Assembly (NCBI GenBank): GCA_019038695.1
Contig: JAHOYZ010000006.1
Location: 17,112-81,111 of the forward strand
Length of the DNA: 64,000 nt
Reading direction: 5' to 3'
From: Candidatus Zixiibacteriota bacterium
GTDB lineage: Bacteria; Zixibacteria; MSB-5A5; GN15; FEB-12
Shown one piece after another: positions 15,681-25,519 of this stretch. Both the position numbers and the translations under genes were made by a program. A model generated the notes under the pieces. That model was not told the DNA's origin, ran no database searches, and was given only the letters and a program-made list of their open reading frames with translations. Each line of letters starts with the position of its first letter. Within the stretch, counting starts at the first letter, position 1.

Positions 15681-16583
15681 TTAGTGATACAAGTACATCA
15701 ACTGTGGGCCATAAGATTCGCTTCGTAGTGACGAACCCACGCGCCCCAGAATGCCGTTTAGCAAGTCAAACAGCCCGCTGGAGCTCTTTGGTCGGGGCCG
15801 GACAATCCTCGGTTCCCCTTCAAGATCAGCCAAATCCGCCGCCAGATCGACCGCTTCCTTCAACCCGCCAAGCGTGTCAACCAGCCCTAAGTTCAAGGCC
15901 TGCATGCCAGTAAAGATCGACCCGTCAGCCAGAGGATATATCTCATCAACTTCCTTGCCTCTTCCAGTGGCCACGATGGCTACGAACTGCTCGTAGGTAT
16001 CCATCACTACTGAGCGCAACATCAATCCTTCCTTCTTGGTCATATCTCGCGAGTAGCTGCCTACGCTCTTGAGTTCACCCGACTGGACAGTTTCGGTGCC
16101 GATTCCGATTTTCTCCAGAAGTCCTTCGGCTGTATGAAACTCGAAAACAACCCCAATTGAACCCGTCAGAGTTCCGGGATTGGCAATTATCCGGTCGGCA
16201 GCACACGAAATATAATATCCTCCCGAAGCCGCCACCGAGGCCATTGCGGCCACAACCGGTTTCTCTTCTCTTGCTCTTAGAACTGCATCATAAATTTCCT
16301 GGGAGATTGCCACTCCCCCGCCACCGGAATTAATATGAATCACAATCGCTTTGATTGACTTGTTCTCCGTCCATTTGTCAAGTTGGCGAATTACGGGGCG
16401 GCCGCTCTCCTCATCTATCATACCCCACATTTCTACAACACCAACACTCCCCCCAAAGCCACCGAATTCCATACCGCCGCCATCAGCCATTATGCCGACA
16501 AACATCATACCAAAAAAGGCCAGGGCCAGCATGAAGAACACCCCGATCACCACCGCAATAATTACATCTCGTTTTCGTGCCAC
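15681..16583 (-). CDS. sppA: Signal peptide peptidase SppA, 36K type
   Basis: N-terminal TM segment, IKAIVIHINSGGGGVA, and catalytic-Ser region MASVAASGGYYISCAADRIIANPGTLTGSIGV. Confidence 0.88.
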   Translation of the reverse strand: MARKRDVIIAVVIGVFFMLALAFFGMMFVGIMADGGGMEFGGFGGSVGVVEMWGMIDEESGRPVIRQLDKWTENKSIKAIVIHINSGGGGVAISQEIYDAVLRAREEKPVVAAMASVAASGGYYISCAADRIIANPGTLTGSIGVVFEFHTAEGLLEKIGIGTETVQSGELKSVGSYSRDMTKKEGLMLRSVVMDTYEQFVAIVATGRGKEVDEIYPLADGSIFTGMQALNLGLVDTLGGLKEAVDLAADLADLEGEPRIVRPRPKSSSGLFDLLNGILGRVGSSLRSESYGPQLMYLYH

Positions 16584-16593
16584 TGGTAGACCT

Positions 16594-18885
16594 TTAGTTT
16601 CGATATATTTTCAGCTTATCGCCAACCCGGAGCTTGTTCGGATTTCGAAGGTTGTTGGCCTGAACAATGCGCTTTATAGAAGTGCTATACTTGCGGGCGA
16701 TCCGATCCAGAGTCTCACCCCGCCGAACCTTATGAACGATATACTTTGATCCACTGCTACTTCCCCCCGATACAATCAGTTCCTGTCCGGGGTAAATACG
16801 GCTTGAGCGACCGAGACCGTTTAGGCGCCGAATCTGCGAAGTTGTGAGGCCATACTTGCGAGCAATATCCCACAGTGTGTCGCCGCGGCGGACTTTGTGA
16901 GTTCCAGCCGACGTTTTGCTGCTGGCAGATATCTTATTGGAGGATCCGCTAGAGGTACTTATCGCCCCAGATGAACTCGTTGATCTGGAGGCAAGATACT
17001 TCGCCTCCGAAGGAATTTTCAGCTTCTGTCCCACATAAATACGAGATCCGCGTTCGATGTAGTTAATTTGTCGCAGAGCATTGACAGTTGTGCCAAAAGC
17101 TCTAGCGATATCCCACATGGTATCGCCGGACCGTACGGCATAGATAGAACCTTTTGCCTCGTAGTTCCGATTTTTCTTCGATGAGCGAGCTTCCCGATCC
17201 AGTGGCACCGGCACGATAAGCTTCTTACCGGCATAGATCGTCGAACGCCGACTCAGGTTATTGGCCTCCATGATCGCATACTGCGAGACACCATAACGAG
17301 ACGCAATAGTGCTTATGCTTTCCCCGCGCCTGATCTCGTGTCGTACCCAGCTGGTTTCCTTGGGTGACGGCAAAGACTCGTAAGCCGCCAGCAACTTGCC
17401 TTTGGCCCCACGAGGGACTTTCAGTATGTACTTCTTCTGATCCGGAGGTGTGTACTTCCGAAGCAACTCGGGATTGAGGTCCTGGAGTTCCTTAGTCGAG
17501 CAGCCAACCGTTTTAGCCACCACCGACAGCTCCAGACACTTGTCAATCTCAACCTCGTCCCAGACAATTTCATCCTCAAACTCTATATTTTCAAAGCCAT
17601 ACTTGGCCGGTTCCTTGCCAATAATGGTAGCTGCCATAATAAGCGGCACATAGTCCATCGTCTGGCGGCGAAGCCGCATCTTCCAGAAATCGATTGTCTT
17701 CTGCTTTTTAATCGTCCCCCGCACTCTTCCGGGACCACCATTATAGGCCGCCATGGCCAGTTCCCAGCAACCGAACTGCTCGTATAAGTCCTTGAGGAAC
17801 TGGCAGGCCGCGTGGGTGGACTTCACCGGGTCACGGCGCTCATCCCACCACCAACTTCGATTCAACTTATACTCGCGGCCAGTCGATGAAATGAACTGCC
17901 ACAATCCAGAGGCTCGCGCCCACGAATAGGCCCGAGGGTTATAGCCAGACTCAACCATTGACAGATAAACCAAGTCATGCGGGAGGCCATACTCATCAAT
18001 GATCTCCAGCATCATCCTCTTGTACCGATGGGAACGTACCAGAAATTTGGTAAAGGCATCGCGGGCTACGGTCTGATAATAAATGATCGATTTCTTCACC
18101 CGGTCGTTCATGACAATCGGAAGATCGTAAGTAATTTTTTTCTCCTGCCGTCCCGACACATACATCGAGTCGGCGCCGATCCTCTCAGCCATGTCACCAA
18201 ATCGTTCCATTACTGCCGAGGAGGATACATCGCGATCAAGATGTCCGAGCGATCTCAGCGTCACCCGATAATCGGCAATTATGTCGTCCAGGGCGATGGT
18301 GTACTTGGCCGCTTCCGGTGTCTCAAGCGAATCAGACTCAATATCCAGCGCTGCCAGGATTCGTAGCGCTTCCTCGAAGTAGTACTGACCTTCCTCCCAG
18401 CTTCCCTCGCGATTGGCTATCACACCCATAGCATGATATTCCTCAGCCAGATCAAGTTGACGCCAGATTTCGTCATCAACCGCTGATGCCGAATCATCAA
18501 TGTCGACCTTCCCGCTATAATACGTCCAGGATGCTTGCGGCTTGGATGCGGATTTGCCCTCCGATTGATTATCGACTGTCGCCGCAGATAAATCTGCTCC
18601 CTCTGGTTTGGTCTCATCGGTCTTTACAGCCGCCGTCGCTTCCGAGGTAGCTGTTCCATGCGACCCGGTTTTGGCCGGGATAACCTCTGACTGTTCTTCG
18701 CTGGTTCCCTCGGTGGACGCAGTGTCTTCACCTTTAGACACTTCCTCAGTACGATTGCCATATGTCTGGGGCGAGGCGAGTCCACTCTTGCCCCCACAAC
18801 CTGAAACGATGCCAATTATGAGAAGGATGACCAGGGTGCTAAGGCCTACCCGGGAAGCGTACGTGCACATTGAACTTAAAACCAT
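16594..18885 (-). CDS. Lytic transglycosylase (MltD-like) lipoprotein with four C-terminal LysM domains
   Basis: Lipobox IVSGC. SLT catalytic region LVYLSMVESGYNPRAYSWARASGLWQF. Four LysM repeats (e.g. HKVRRGDTLWDIARKYGLTTSQIRRLNGL...IYPGQELIV). Confidence 0.88.
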   Translation of the reverse strand: MVLSSMCTYASRVGLSTLVILLIIGIVSGCGGKSGLASPQTYGNRTEEVSKGEDTASTEGTSEEQSEVIPAKTGSHGTATSEATAAVKTDETKPEGADLSAATVDNQSEGKSASKPQASWTYYSGKVDIDDSASAVDDEIWRQLDLAEEYHAMGVIANREGSWEEGQYYFEEALRILAALDIESDSLETPEAAKYTIALDDIIADYRVTLRSLGHLDRDVSSSAVMERFGDMAERIGADSMYVSGRQEKKITYDLPIVMNDRVKKSIIYYQTVARDAFTKFLVRSHRYKRMMLEIIDEYGLPHDLVYLSMVESGYNPRAYSWARASGLWQFISSTGREYKLNRSWWWDERRDPVKSTHAACQFLKDLYEQFGCWELAMAAYNGGPGRVRGTIKKQKTIDFWKMRLRRQTMDYVPLIMAATIIGKEPAKYGFENIEFEDEIVWDEVEIDKCLELSVVAKTVGCSTKELQDLNPELLRKYTPPDQKKYILKVPRGAKGKLLAAYESLPSPKETSWVRHEIRRGESISTIASRYGVSQYAIMEANNLSRRSTIYAGKKLIVPVPLDREARSSKKNRNYEAKGSIYAVRSGDTMWDIARAFGTTVNALRQINYIERGSRIYVGQKLKIPSEAKYLASRSTSSSGAISTSSGSSNKISASSKTSAGTHKVRRGDTLWDIARKYGLTTSQIRRLNGLGRSSRIYPGQELIVSGGSSSGSKYIVHKVRRGETLDRIARKYSTSIKRIVQANNLRNPNKLRVGDKLKIYRN

Positions 18886-19117
18886 ATTTATCCCAAGCTA
18901 CGAGTTTTCTTTATACTATCGACTCCAAACAACAGTAGCTTGATGCGTCTGAGGGCCGCATCCATGCTCTGAAAGAGTATACTGTCCGAAGCAGTAGAAA
19001 GTGTCAAGTTTTATTGGAAAAAGTGTACGCATCCTAACTGCACTCGACATGTTAGCCCGAACCGCTCCGGTCGATTCCGATTCCCCGGCCATTCAGCCCT
19101 GGCCCTCTGCATTGACA

Positions 19118-19690
19118 TTATAGCCTTAGCAGCAAACTCGCACGAGCACCCGGGGAGGTCCATCCTTCATACCCGAGCCAAAAACGCATAGACACATCGG
19201 CACTCAGAATCAAAGAGTTGGTTAAGCGATACATCATACCAAGTCCAGGGAAAAGGGCACCGTCCCCCCCACCTCCGCCATCGGAATTGCCACCGATAAA
19301 ACCGACCGTACCGAGTTTCAGAAGAACTATGGTGCTTGACCCCTTTCTCAAATGGAAATTCAGAGCAATATCAAGTGACAAACCTGTCCAAGAGTAGAAC
19401 CCTGATGGCACAAGATAGGTTCCCCCGAACTCTATGCCGATACCATTTGGGTTGGCTCGAACGAGGTGGAACGAAGGACCCTTAAGCCCATTCTCTGCTG
19501 ATTCCTCCCCTTCACCACTGACCAGACTGTACGCTGCTCCCAGCGCCCAACCGTCAAGTAGATGCTGAGAGGCTCCTGCATTGCCGGTATCTCCTATGCT
19601 AGCTTCTTCCCCGGCGCAGGGGTCAGCCAAGGGAACCAACAACATTCCACCAGCAAACAGCAGACAGGCAGCTTTGAACATAGTTTTCAT
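19118..19690 (-). CDS. Small secreted, probably OM beta-barrel protein (unknown family)
   Basis: Internal ATG at 19690 follows GGAGGT by 6 nt and yields signal peptide MKTMFKAACLLFAGGMLLVPLA. The protein is Gly-rich with strand-like segments and ends in SLLLRL. The ORF opens at 19750. Confidence 0.4.
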   Translation of the reverse strand: MKTMFKAACLLFAGGMLLVPLADPCAGEEASIGDTGNAGASQHLLDGWALGAAYSLVSGEGEESAENGLKGPSFHLVRANPNGIGIEFGGTYLVPSGFYSWTGLSLDIALNFHLRKGSSTIVLLKLGTVGFIGGNSDGGGGGDGALFPGLGMMYRLTNSLILSADVSMRFWLGYEGWTSPGARASLLLRL

Positions 19691-19874
19691 GCGAGCACCT
19701 CCATTTCCCCGTCCTCCCACAAGCAAATGCAACAGGCACGATTGATCCATTTCAGAAGCTTCTCTGAATTTGAGTAGAGCTTATCGCGTTGGCAATAACA
19801 ATCTCGTCACCCAGATCGTCATTCGCCTGCTCAAGTTCGAATCACATAGCCAGGGTGCCGGCTCGGTCTCTCCC

Positions 19875-22598
19875 CTACGGGCACGGGGGCGGCGGACAAC
19901 TCCCCAGAAACAGATAGCACACCAGATAGGTCACATCAGCAATATTGATGGGTCCTTTGCCGGACTGACCGTCGACATTACCTTCCTCGGTGCATGGTGG
20001 AGGTGGTCCACCGGTGAACATATAAGCCACAAGGTATGTCAGGTCAGCAATGTTGATAATTCCGGAGTGATCTACATCACCCCTGACTACACAACAACTG
20101 CAGTCTCCCGGTTCAAGGGCACCTATTAGTACGCCGCAACTATTATTGGCCGGAGCACAGACCGATCCTTCCGATGGCCGGTAGTCATGCGCAGTGGTGT
20201 CACAAAAAAGAGGATTGACCGAAATATTGTTAAAATCATCACCGGCAAACACAGTATCAATACCGTAGAAATCCTCACCGCCGTTACCAAATGAATTGTT
20301 ACAGTTGATCTGGTACTCACCGGGCGCATAAAACGTCATGCCGTGTTGCTCGTTAAAGGCACTAAGCACGTTGGTAATCCAGCAGGTATCCTGGTACATC
20401 CCGACTGCGTCCTCCCCTTCCTTGGGATATGACCAGTCAATGGCCAAACCGCGGTCATTAGCTGCGAAAGTGCAGTTGTGTACATCAATGCCGTAAATAC
20501 CCATGGCCTGCATGAGCAACGCTCCGAAACCGTCGTTGTGATGCACCAGTGTTCCCTCGAGGACAATGGGCTGTGTGTTGTGTACGTGTAAGCCCATTTG
20601 GTCGTTGTGGGCTATTTCGCAGTTTGTAATGGTCGCTTCCAGGCCGTAGATATGGACGGCAGTCCAGCCGGTATTGTGGGTCACGATGCAGTCAGATATG
20701 ATGACCTTGCCGTCTCCCCACCAGTAGGCATTGATGGCCATACAACTGTCCCTTGTGATGATGCAATCCCGCACAGATACCGATGCCCCCACAGCGTTGA
20801 CGGCGCCCTCGCCATAGGGGTCATCAGACCAGGCACCCGTAATAGTAAAACCCTGGATTATGGAGGTCGTGTCTTCCCCGGACTGGAGGATGAAGGCCAG
20901 CCTTGGGCTGCCTGCGCTCCCTTCGCAGTCAATGGTCGTAGACTCCGGCCCGTTCTCAGACATCACCGTCAGCGGTTTGCCGTGGAAATCAATATCATAG
21001 TTACCGGGGCCGGTAAACACTCCATCAGCTACCAGGACCGTATCATAGTTTTGCGCCCAGTCAATCGCAGCCTGAATCGTTGGCTGACCGCTCGGAACGT
21101 GAATCACCATCGGCGTACGAGTACTGAATGACTCCGTGGTCGACCAGGCGGAATACTCATAACCATTGAAAACGCGACACCGCCACCAGTACTCGGTATC
21201 CACTGCCAGGCCCACGAAACGGCGGGACGTCGTTTGGTTCTCCTGCTCTTCAGTGCCATACGTGGAGTCCGCAATAACGCTCAGCCCTGGGTCGGCGTAT
21301 ATCTCAAAATCATACGTCAGATTGTCCCAGGGGTGGTCGGCGTTGGTCGTCACCAGATGAACGTCGAGAATGCTCACCAGGTCCGGCGAAGTTGGCCAGA
21401 CAGGTGCAGGCGTAGTCGGCAGGGTGTTCATCCTGAACACCGACTCGTACCATCCTCCCCAGCTACTGCCGTTGTATACCCGCAGACGGTAGTAATATGT
21501 CATGCTATCCACAAGAGCGGAGCCGGTGTAAGCGGCGCTTGTATCCGATGAGTATACCTGACCCGTAGCCCATGTCTCCGCCAGCAACCAGTCATTGTCC
21601 ATGCCGACTTCGATTTCGTATCCGGTGGGCGAACCAACCGGATCATAGAAAAACCAATGGAACACCGGTGAGTGATTGATAACGTGAGCCACATCTTCTG
21701 AATCCAAATTGACAAACAGCGCCCGCGGCGGATTCTGATCGAAATGGGCAGCGCCCATATCATTACGAGTGCCGTCGGGGTCGTTGTACATTGCGGCAGG
21801 ATTGCCGGCATCTATGCACGGAGATGTAGGCTGTAGATAGAAACAACCGTTAGCCGGATCGATAAACAACGGATCGACTGAAATGTCGGTGGGATCAGGA
21901 GTAAAGTTGTAGTAGTTGGTACCATTGCCCCACGAGTTATTGTAATCTTCGATCAACGTGTAATAGCCCTGGAAACCGTGCCCACCACCATTGGTGATGA
22001 TGTTGTTCCTAATAATCGCCGGGGCAACCGAGCCTTCCACTCCATCGTGGCAATTGTATAGAGTGTTGTTAATAAACTGGATCGTATCCCCGGTGTAAAT
22101 ATGAACCGCGGGATTGGCACTCGGGCTGTCATAGAAAATATTATGACTGACCATAGTGCTGCAGGTCCCCCGGGCGTTCACGGCCGCGTTCCAGGGTGTG
22201 TTGCTGCTATGGAACCGAAAGTGGTTCTCTGTGACTGTTGGCGAGGCATCACGGATCCTGACGCCCGAAGCCCCACCTCCGGCGTACATAATACTGAAGC
22301 CTGACAATACCGCTGTTCGTGGCTCATCATTGTGAAACCAGACCACCGGCAGATGGGCAGAGTCCGGACGCAGCCATGTCACCAGCGGACCTGCCTCGGA
22401 GGTTACTACGATTGACTTGCCGCCGTAGTCAAGATTGACCCAATATGTTCCGGGAGATACGAGTACTGTATCACCAGTTACAGCACCGTTGATTCCAGCC
22501 TGAATTGTGGCTGAGTCGCCCGGCACATGGATTATGGCGGCTTGGACAGTGGAGAGACAAAGGGTACAGAACAATGCAGCGAATAGTGCTCTATTCAT
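19875..22598 (-). CDS. Secreted protein with two right-handed beta-helix modules, two FN3-like modules and a C-terminal dockerin-like module
   Basis: Signal peptide MNRALFAALFCTLCLSTVQA (the ORF opens 11 codons earlier, at 22631). IIHVPGDSATIQAGINGAVTGDTVLVSPGTYWVNLDYGGKSIVVTSEAGP recurs as VIHVPSGQPTIQAAIDWAQNYDTVLVADGVF...GKPLTVMSENGP. FN3-like regions end in Y[YW][YW]R.RV[YF]NG. The C-terminus reads GDVDHSGIINIADLTYLVAYMFTGGPPPPC...INIADVTYLVCYLF. Confidence 0.7.
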   Translation of the reverse strand: MNRALFAALFCTLCLSTVQAAIIHVPGDSATIQAGINGAVTGDTVLVSPGTYWVNLDYGGKSIVVTSEAGPLVTWLRPDSAHLPVVWFHNDEPRTAVLSGFSIMYAGGGASGVRIRDASPTVTENHFRFHSSNTPWNAAVNARGTCSTMVSHNIFYDSPSANPAVHIYTGDTIQFINNTLYNCHDGVEGSVAPAIIRNNIITNGGGHGFQGYYTLIEDYNNSWGNGTNYYNFTPDPTDISVDPLFIDPANGCFYLQPTSPCIDAGNPAAMYNDPDGTRNDMGAAHFDQNPPRALFVNLDSEDVAHVINHSPVFHWFFYDPVGSPTGYEIEVGMDNDWLLAETWATGQVYSSDTSAAYTGSALVDSMTYYYRLRVYNGSSWGGWYESVFRMNTLPTTPAPVWPTSPDLVSILDVHLVTTNADHPWDNLTYDFEIYADPGLSVIADSTYGTEEQENQTTSRRFVGLAVDTEYWWRCRVFNGYEYSAWSTTESFSTRTPMVIHVPSGQPTIQAAIDWAQNYDTVLVADGVFTGPGNYDIDFHGKPLTVMSENGPESTTIDCEGSAGSPRLAFILQSGEDTTSIIQGFTITGAWSDDPYGEGAVNAVGASVSVRDCIITRDSCMAINAYWWGDGKVIISDCIVTHNTGWTAVHIYGLEATITNCEIAHNDQMGLHVHNTQPIVLEGTLVHHNDGFGALLMQAMGIYGIDVHNCTFAANDRGLAIDWSYPKEGEDAVGMYQDTCWITNVLSAFNEQHGMTFYAPGEYQINCNNSFGNGGEDFYGIDTVFAGDDFNNISVNPLFCDTTAHDYRPSEGSVCAPANNSCGVLIGALEPGDCSCCVVRGDVDHSGIINIADLTYLVAYMFTGGPPPPCTEEGNVDGQSGKGPINIADVTYLVCYLFLGSCPPPPCP
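19878..20102 (-). other. Dockerin-like module of the beta-helix protein
   Basis: CSCCVVRGDVDHSGIINIADLTYLVAYMFTGGPPPPCTEEGNVDGQSGKGPINIADVTYLVCYLFLGSCPPPPCP. It is the same two-segment layout as 10592-10813. The second calcium loop carries an insertion. Confidence 0.6.
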
Positions 22599-22680
22599 GA
22601 CTATTTCCTTTTCTCTGATTGGTACACTCACGGTCGTACAGAGGCAATATATGACTGAATGTCTTCTTTGTCAACGCAGA

Positions 22681-23616
22681 TCAGAGCATGGTTCTTGGGA
22701 ACAACGAAAGAACTTCCACCAGAATCTTCACGAGTTTGTCCCTGCTCTCGAAAAACTCACACTCTCCCTGATGACGGAACCAGGTCATTTGGCGCTTGGC
22801 GTAGCGGCGTGTGTTTTGTTTGATTAACGCAATTGCTTCTTCAAGTGAATACTTGCCGTAGATGTGATCAAGCAGTTCACGGTAGCCAATGACGTTCGAC
22901 TTCCTGATTGCCTCTCCCCGACCATTGTCTATAAGCGAAGTCAACTCATCCAGCCAACCTTCGGCCATCATCTCATCTACACGCCCATTGATGCGTTCGT
23001 ACAGCTTCTCTCGTAGCGGTGCCAGGCAATAGTGTTGAAACTTGTAGTCGCTCTTGTGGTATGCACCGGTGACAGCCAACTCAGAACGTGTTTTGCCTGT
23101 TCGTTCGAAAATCTCAAGGGCACGGATCACACGCACTTTGTTGTTAGGATGCAACCGGGCTGCTTCAAGCGGGTCGATCTGTTCCAATCGCTCATACATG
23201 GCCTGCGCTCCGATTCGATCAATCTCCTGTTCAAGACGTTTGCGAATTGACAGGTTATCGCCCTCAATTTCTACCACACCTTCGGATAAAGCTCTCAAGT
23301 AAAGACCGGTTCCTCCAACAACAACCGGAATATTCCCACGGCTGAGAATTGCGCCAATAGATCTGTTGGCGTCATCAATGAAACGATAGGCAGAATATCG
23401 CTCTCCGGGATCAACGATATCGACCAAGTGAATTTCTACGGCCTTGCATTCTTCGGGAGTAGGTTTGGCAGTACCAATATCAAGATGCTTGATAATCTGG
23501 CGTGAATCGGCCGAGACGACTTCGATTGGCAACGTACCAGCCAACGTCACGGCTACGCCGGTTTTGCCGGAAGCGGTGGGACCGCAGATAATCGGTATCG
23601 GCGGAAGATTACCCAC
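22681..23616 (-). CDS. miaA: tRNA dimethylallyltransferase
   Basis: P-loop ICGPTASGKT, plus VVGGTGLYLRAL and RRYAKRQMTWFR. Its start overlaps the mutL stop by 8 nt. Confidence 0.92.
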   Translation of the reverse strand: MGNLPPIPIICGPTASGKTGVAVTLAGTLPIEVVSADSRQIIKHLDIGTAKPTPEECKAVEIHLVDIVDPGERYSAYRFIDDANRSIGAILSRGNIPVVVGGTGLYLRALSEGVVEIEGDNLSIRKRLEQEIDRIGAQAMYERLEQIDPLEAARLHPNNKVRVIRALEIFERTGKTRSELAVTGAYHKSDYKFQHYCLAPLREKLYERINGRVDEMMAEGWLDELTSLIDNGRGEAIRKSNVIGYRELLDHIYGKYSLEEAIALIKQNTRRYAKRQMTWFRHQGECEFFESRDKLVKILVEVLSLFPRTML

Positions 23617-25519
23617 GACCGAACTGCCGATTGATATCTTCCTTGCTTATCCTCACCAGCGTGGGCCGTCCGTGCGGGCAGGAGTATGGCTCCCGGCATT
23701 GCATCAGAGCCCTCAGCAAATGCTCGGCCTCTTTGTCATTGAGTCGATCACCCGACATCACTGCCGACCGACAGGCAATAGATTGTGCCATCGCCTTCAA
23801 CAGATCCTGTCCTGCTTTGCGGAGCGAAGCCAGGTCATCAATAATCGCCAGCAGTACCTTCTCAGGAGACTTAGACGACAGCACTGTCGGCACGGCCTCA
23901 ATGTTCACCATTCTCCCTCCGAACGGTGAGACCACAAAACCCGACCGGTCGAGCATTTCCTGGGATTCTTCAAACACGGCCAGTTGTTCGGCGGTCAAAT
24001 CAACCTGAACCGGGAATAAGAGGTTCTGCCCATCGACCGCACGCTTCTCAATTTTCTCAAGCATCTCTTCATAGAGCACGCGCTCGTGGGCGGTGTGCTG
24101 ATCAACAATAAAGAGGTCGTCACCGGTCTGGATCAACAGATACAGGTCAGCAAACCGTCCCACATAACGGAAAGACGATTGCGGTCCAATAGGTGGATTC
24201 TCGATTCTCTTATCCTGAGAAGTGCCTGCCTGAGGCTCAGCCTTCTCAAACACCTCGCCCGTCTCGCGATTGACCCCCATCGGGGGGCTTCCCATCGGGG
24301 GGCTTCCCATCGGGGAATCATCTGACGAATTCGATGCGGCCTCAAGCGGACGATACAACTCAGAAAGTGTACCGGGATCAACTGGTTGGCACTCATACAC
24401 ACCCGGAATCACAGCCTGGTTTGAGTCCGATGCAGTGGTCGTTCCACCATTGCGAACAGCCCTCGGTGAGGGTCGCGGCTGCGATTGACTGAAAGCCGGA
24501 ATAATTCCATCCCGGCGCAAACCCTCGGCCACGAGCAGGCGAACAATATGATGTATTTCTCTCTCGTGCGCCAGACGCACCTCGGTTTTTCCAGGGTGGA
24601 CATTGACATCAACTTCGGTCGGGTCGACAGTAATCAACAGCGCCCCAACCGGGAACAATCCTTTTGACAGCAATTCCCCGTAACCCGCAACAAACGCATG
24701 GGACAGTGTCGGTGATTGAACATACCGGCCATTGACAAAGATAAACTGGCCATTGCGATTATGCTGCGCCGCGTCGGGTAAACCAACACACCCCAGAACA
24801 GATGCAGACTCATCCTTTCCCTCGACAGGGACGAAATCTCGTTTCTTACCCAGCACATCCGTAACGCGCTCGACGAGCGATTGCTTGGGCGGTACTGCAA
24901 AGAGCTTACGGCCATTGCTGGAATATGAAAACCCAATGTCCGCCCGTCCGATGGCCAGGGCGGTGGCCGCCCGGGAGAGATATCGCGCTTCAGTAGCTTC
25001 GGATTTGAGAAACTTGCGCCGGGCGGGAGTGTTGAAAAACAGATTCTCGACCTCAACCGTTGTGCCCGGAGCAGCCGGGATCGGCTGCACCGACTGCAAC
25101 ACCCCTCCCTCAAAAATAATCTCCACACCTGAAGCGGCATCATGCGGTCGGGACACCATCCGCATCCGCGACACTGACGCAATCGAAGGCAGAGCCTCAC
25201 CGCGAAAGCCATAAGTATCAAGATTATTGAGATCGTTAAAAACAGCTATCTTGGAAGTCGCATGGCGCGAGAAGGCAATCTCAATCTGCTCCTCGGCAAT
25301 CCCGCAACCATTGTCAACGATCCGGATGAGCTTTATTCCTGCACCTTCGACGAGAATGTCGATTCGATCCGAACCGGCGTCGATAGCGTTCTCTACCAGT
25401 TCCTTCAACACAGCGGCGGGTCTCTCGACGACTTCTCCAGCCGCGATTTTGTTGACTACCCGATCGGGCAGTGGCCTTATCCATGCCTTGTGTCGATTGT
25501 TATCTTGTGGAAGCTTCAC
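23609..25519 (-). CDS. mutL: DNA mismatch repair endonuclease MutL
   Basis: GHKL ATPase N-terminus IAAGEVVERPAAVLKELVENAIDAG, plus DNGCGI and YGFRGEALPSIASVS. The C-terminal endonuclease region has DQHTAHERVLYE and ACRSAVMSGD. Confidence 0.93.
   Translation of the reverse strand: MKLPQDNNRHKAWIRPLPDRVVNKIAAGEVVERPAAVLKELVENAIDAGSDRIDILVEGAGIKLIRIVDNGCGIAEEQIEIAFSRHATSKIAVFNDLNNLDTYGFRGEALPSIASVSRMRMVSRPHDAASGVEIIFEGGVLQSVQPIPAAPGTTVEVENLFFNTPARRKFLKSEATEARYLSRAATALAIGRADIGFSYSSNGRKLFAVPPKQSLVERVTDVLGKKRDFVPVEGKDESASVLGCVGLPDAAQHNRNGQFIFVNGRYVQSPTLSHAFVAGYGELLSKGLFPVGALLITVDPTEVDVNVHPGKTEVRLAHEREIHHIVRLLVAEGLRRDGIIPAFSQSQPRPSPRAVRNGGTTTASDSNQAVIPGVYECQPVDPGTLSELYRPLEAASNSSDDSPMGSPPMGSPPMGVNRETGEVFEKAEPQAGTSQDKRIENPPIGPQSSFRYVGRFADLYLLIQTGDDLFIVDQHTAHERVLYEEMLEKIEKRAVDGQNLLFPVQVDLTAEQLAVFEESQEMLDRSGFVVSPFGGRMVNIEAVPTVLSSKSPEKVLLAIIDDLASLRKAGQDLLKAMAQSIACRSAVMSGDRLNDKEAEHLLRALMQCREPYSCPHGRPTLVRISKEDINRQFGRG
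24276..24315 (-). repeat. 15-bp tandem repeat (2.7 copies) in the MutL linker
   Basis: The forward strand reads cccatcggggggctt twice, then cccatcgggg. This encodes MGSPPMGSPPMG in the disordered linker, so copy-number change stays in frame. Confidence 0.85.

Noticed and set aside
24634-25221. 195-aa minus-strand and 160-aa plus-strand ORFs overlapping mutL
   Set aside because: They are alternative frames of a gene whose main frame carries unambiguous MutL motifs. Their composition (Arg/Cys/Ser-rich) is typical of off-frame translation.
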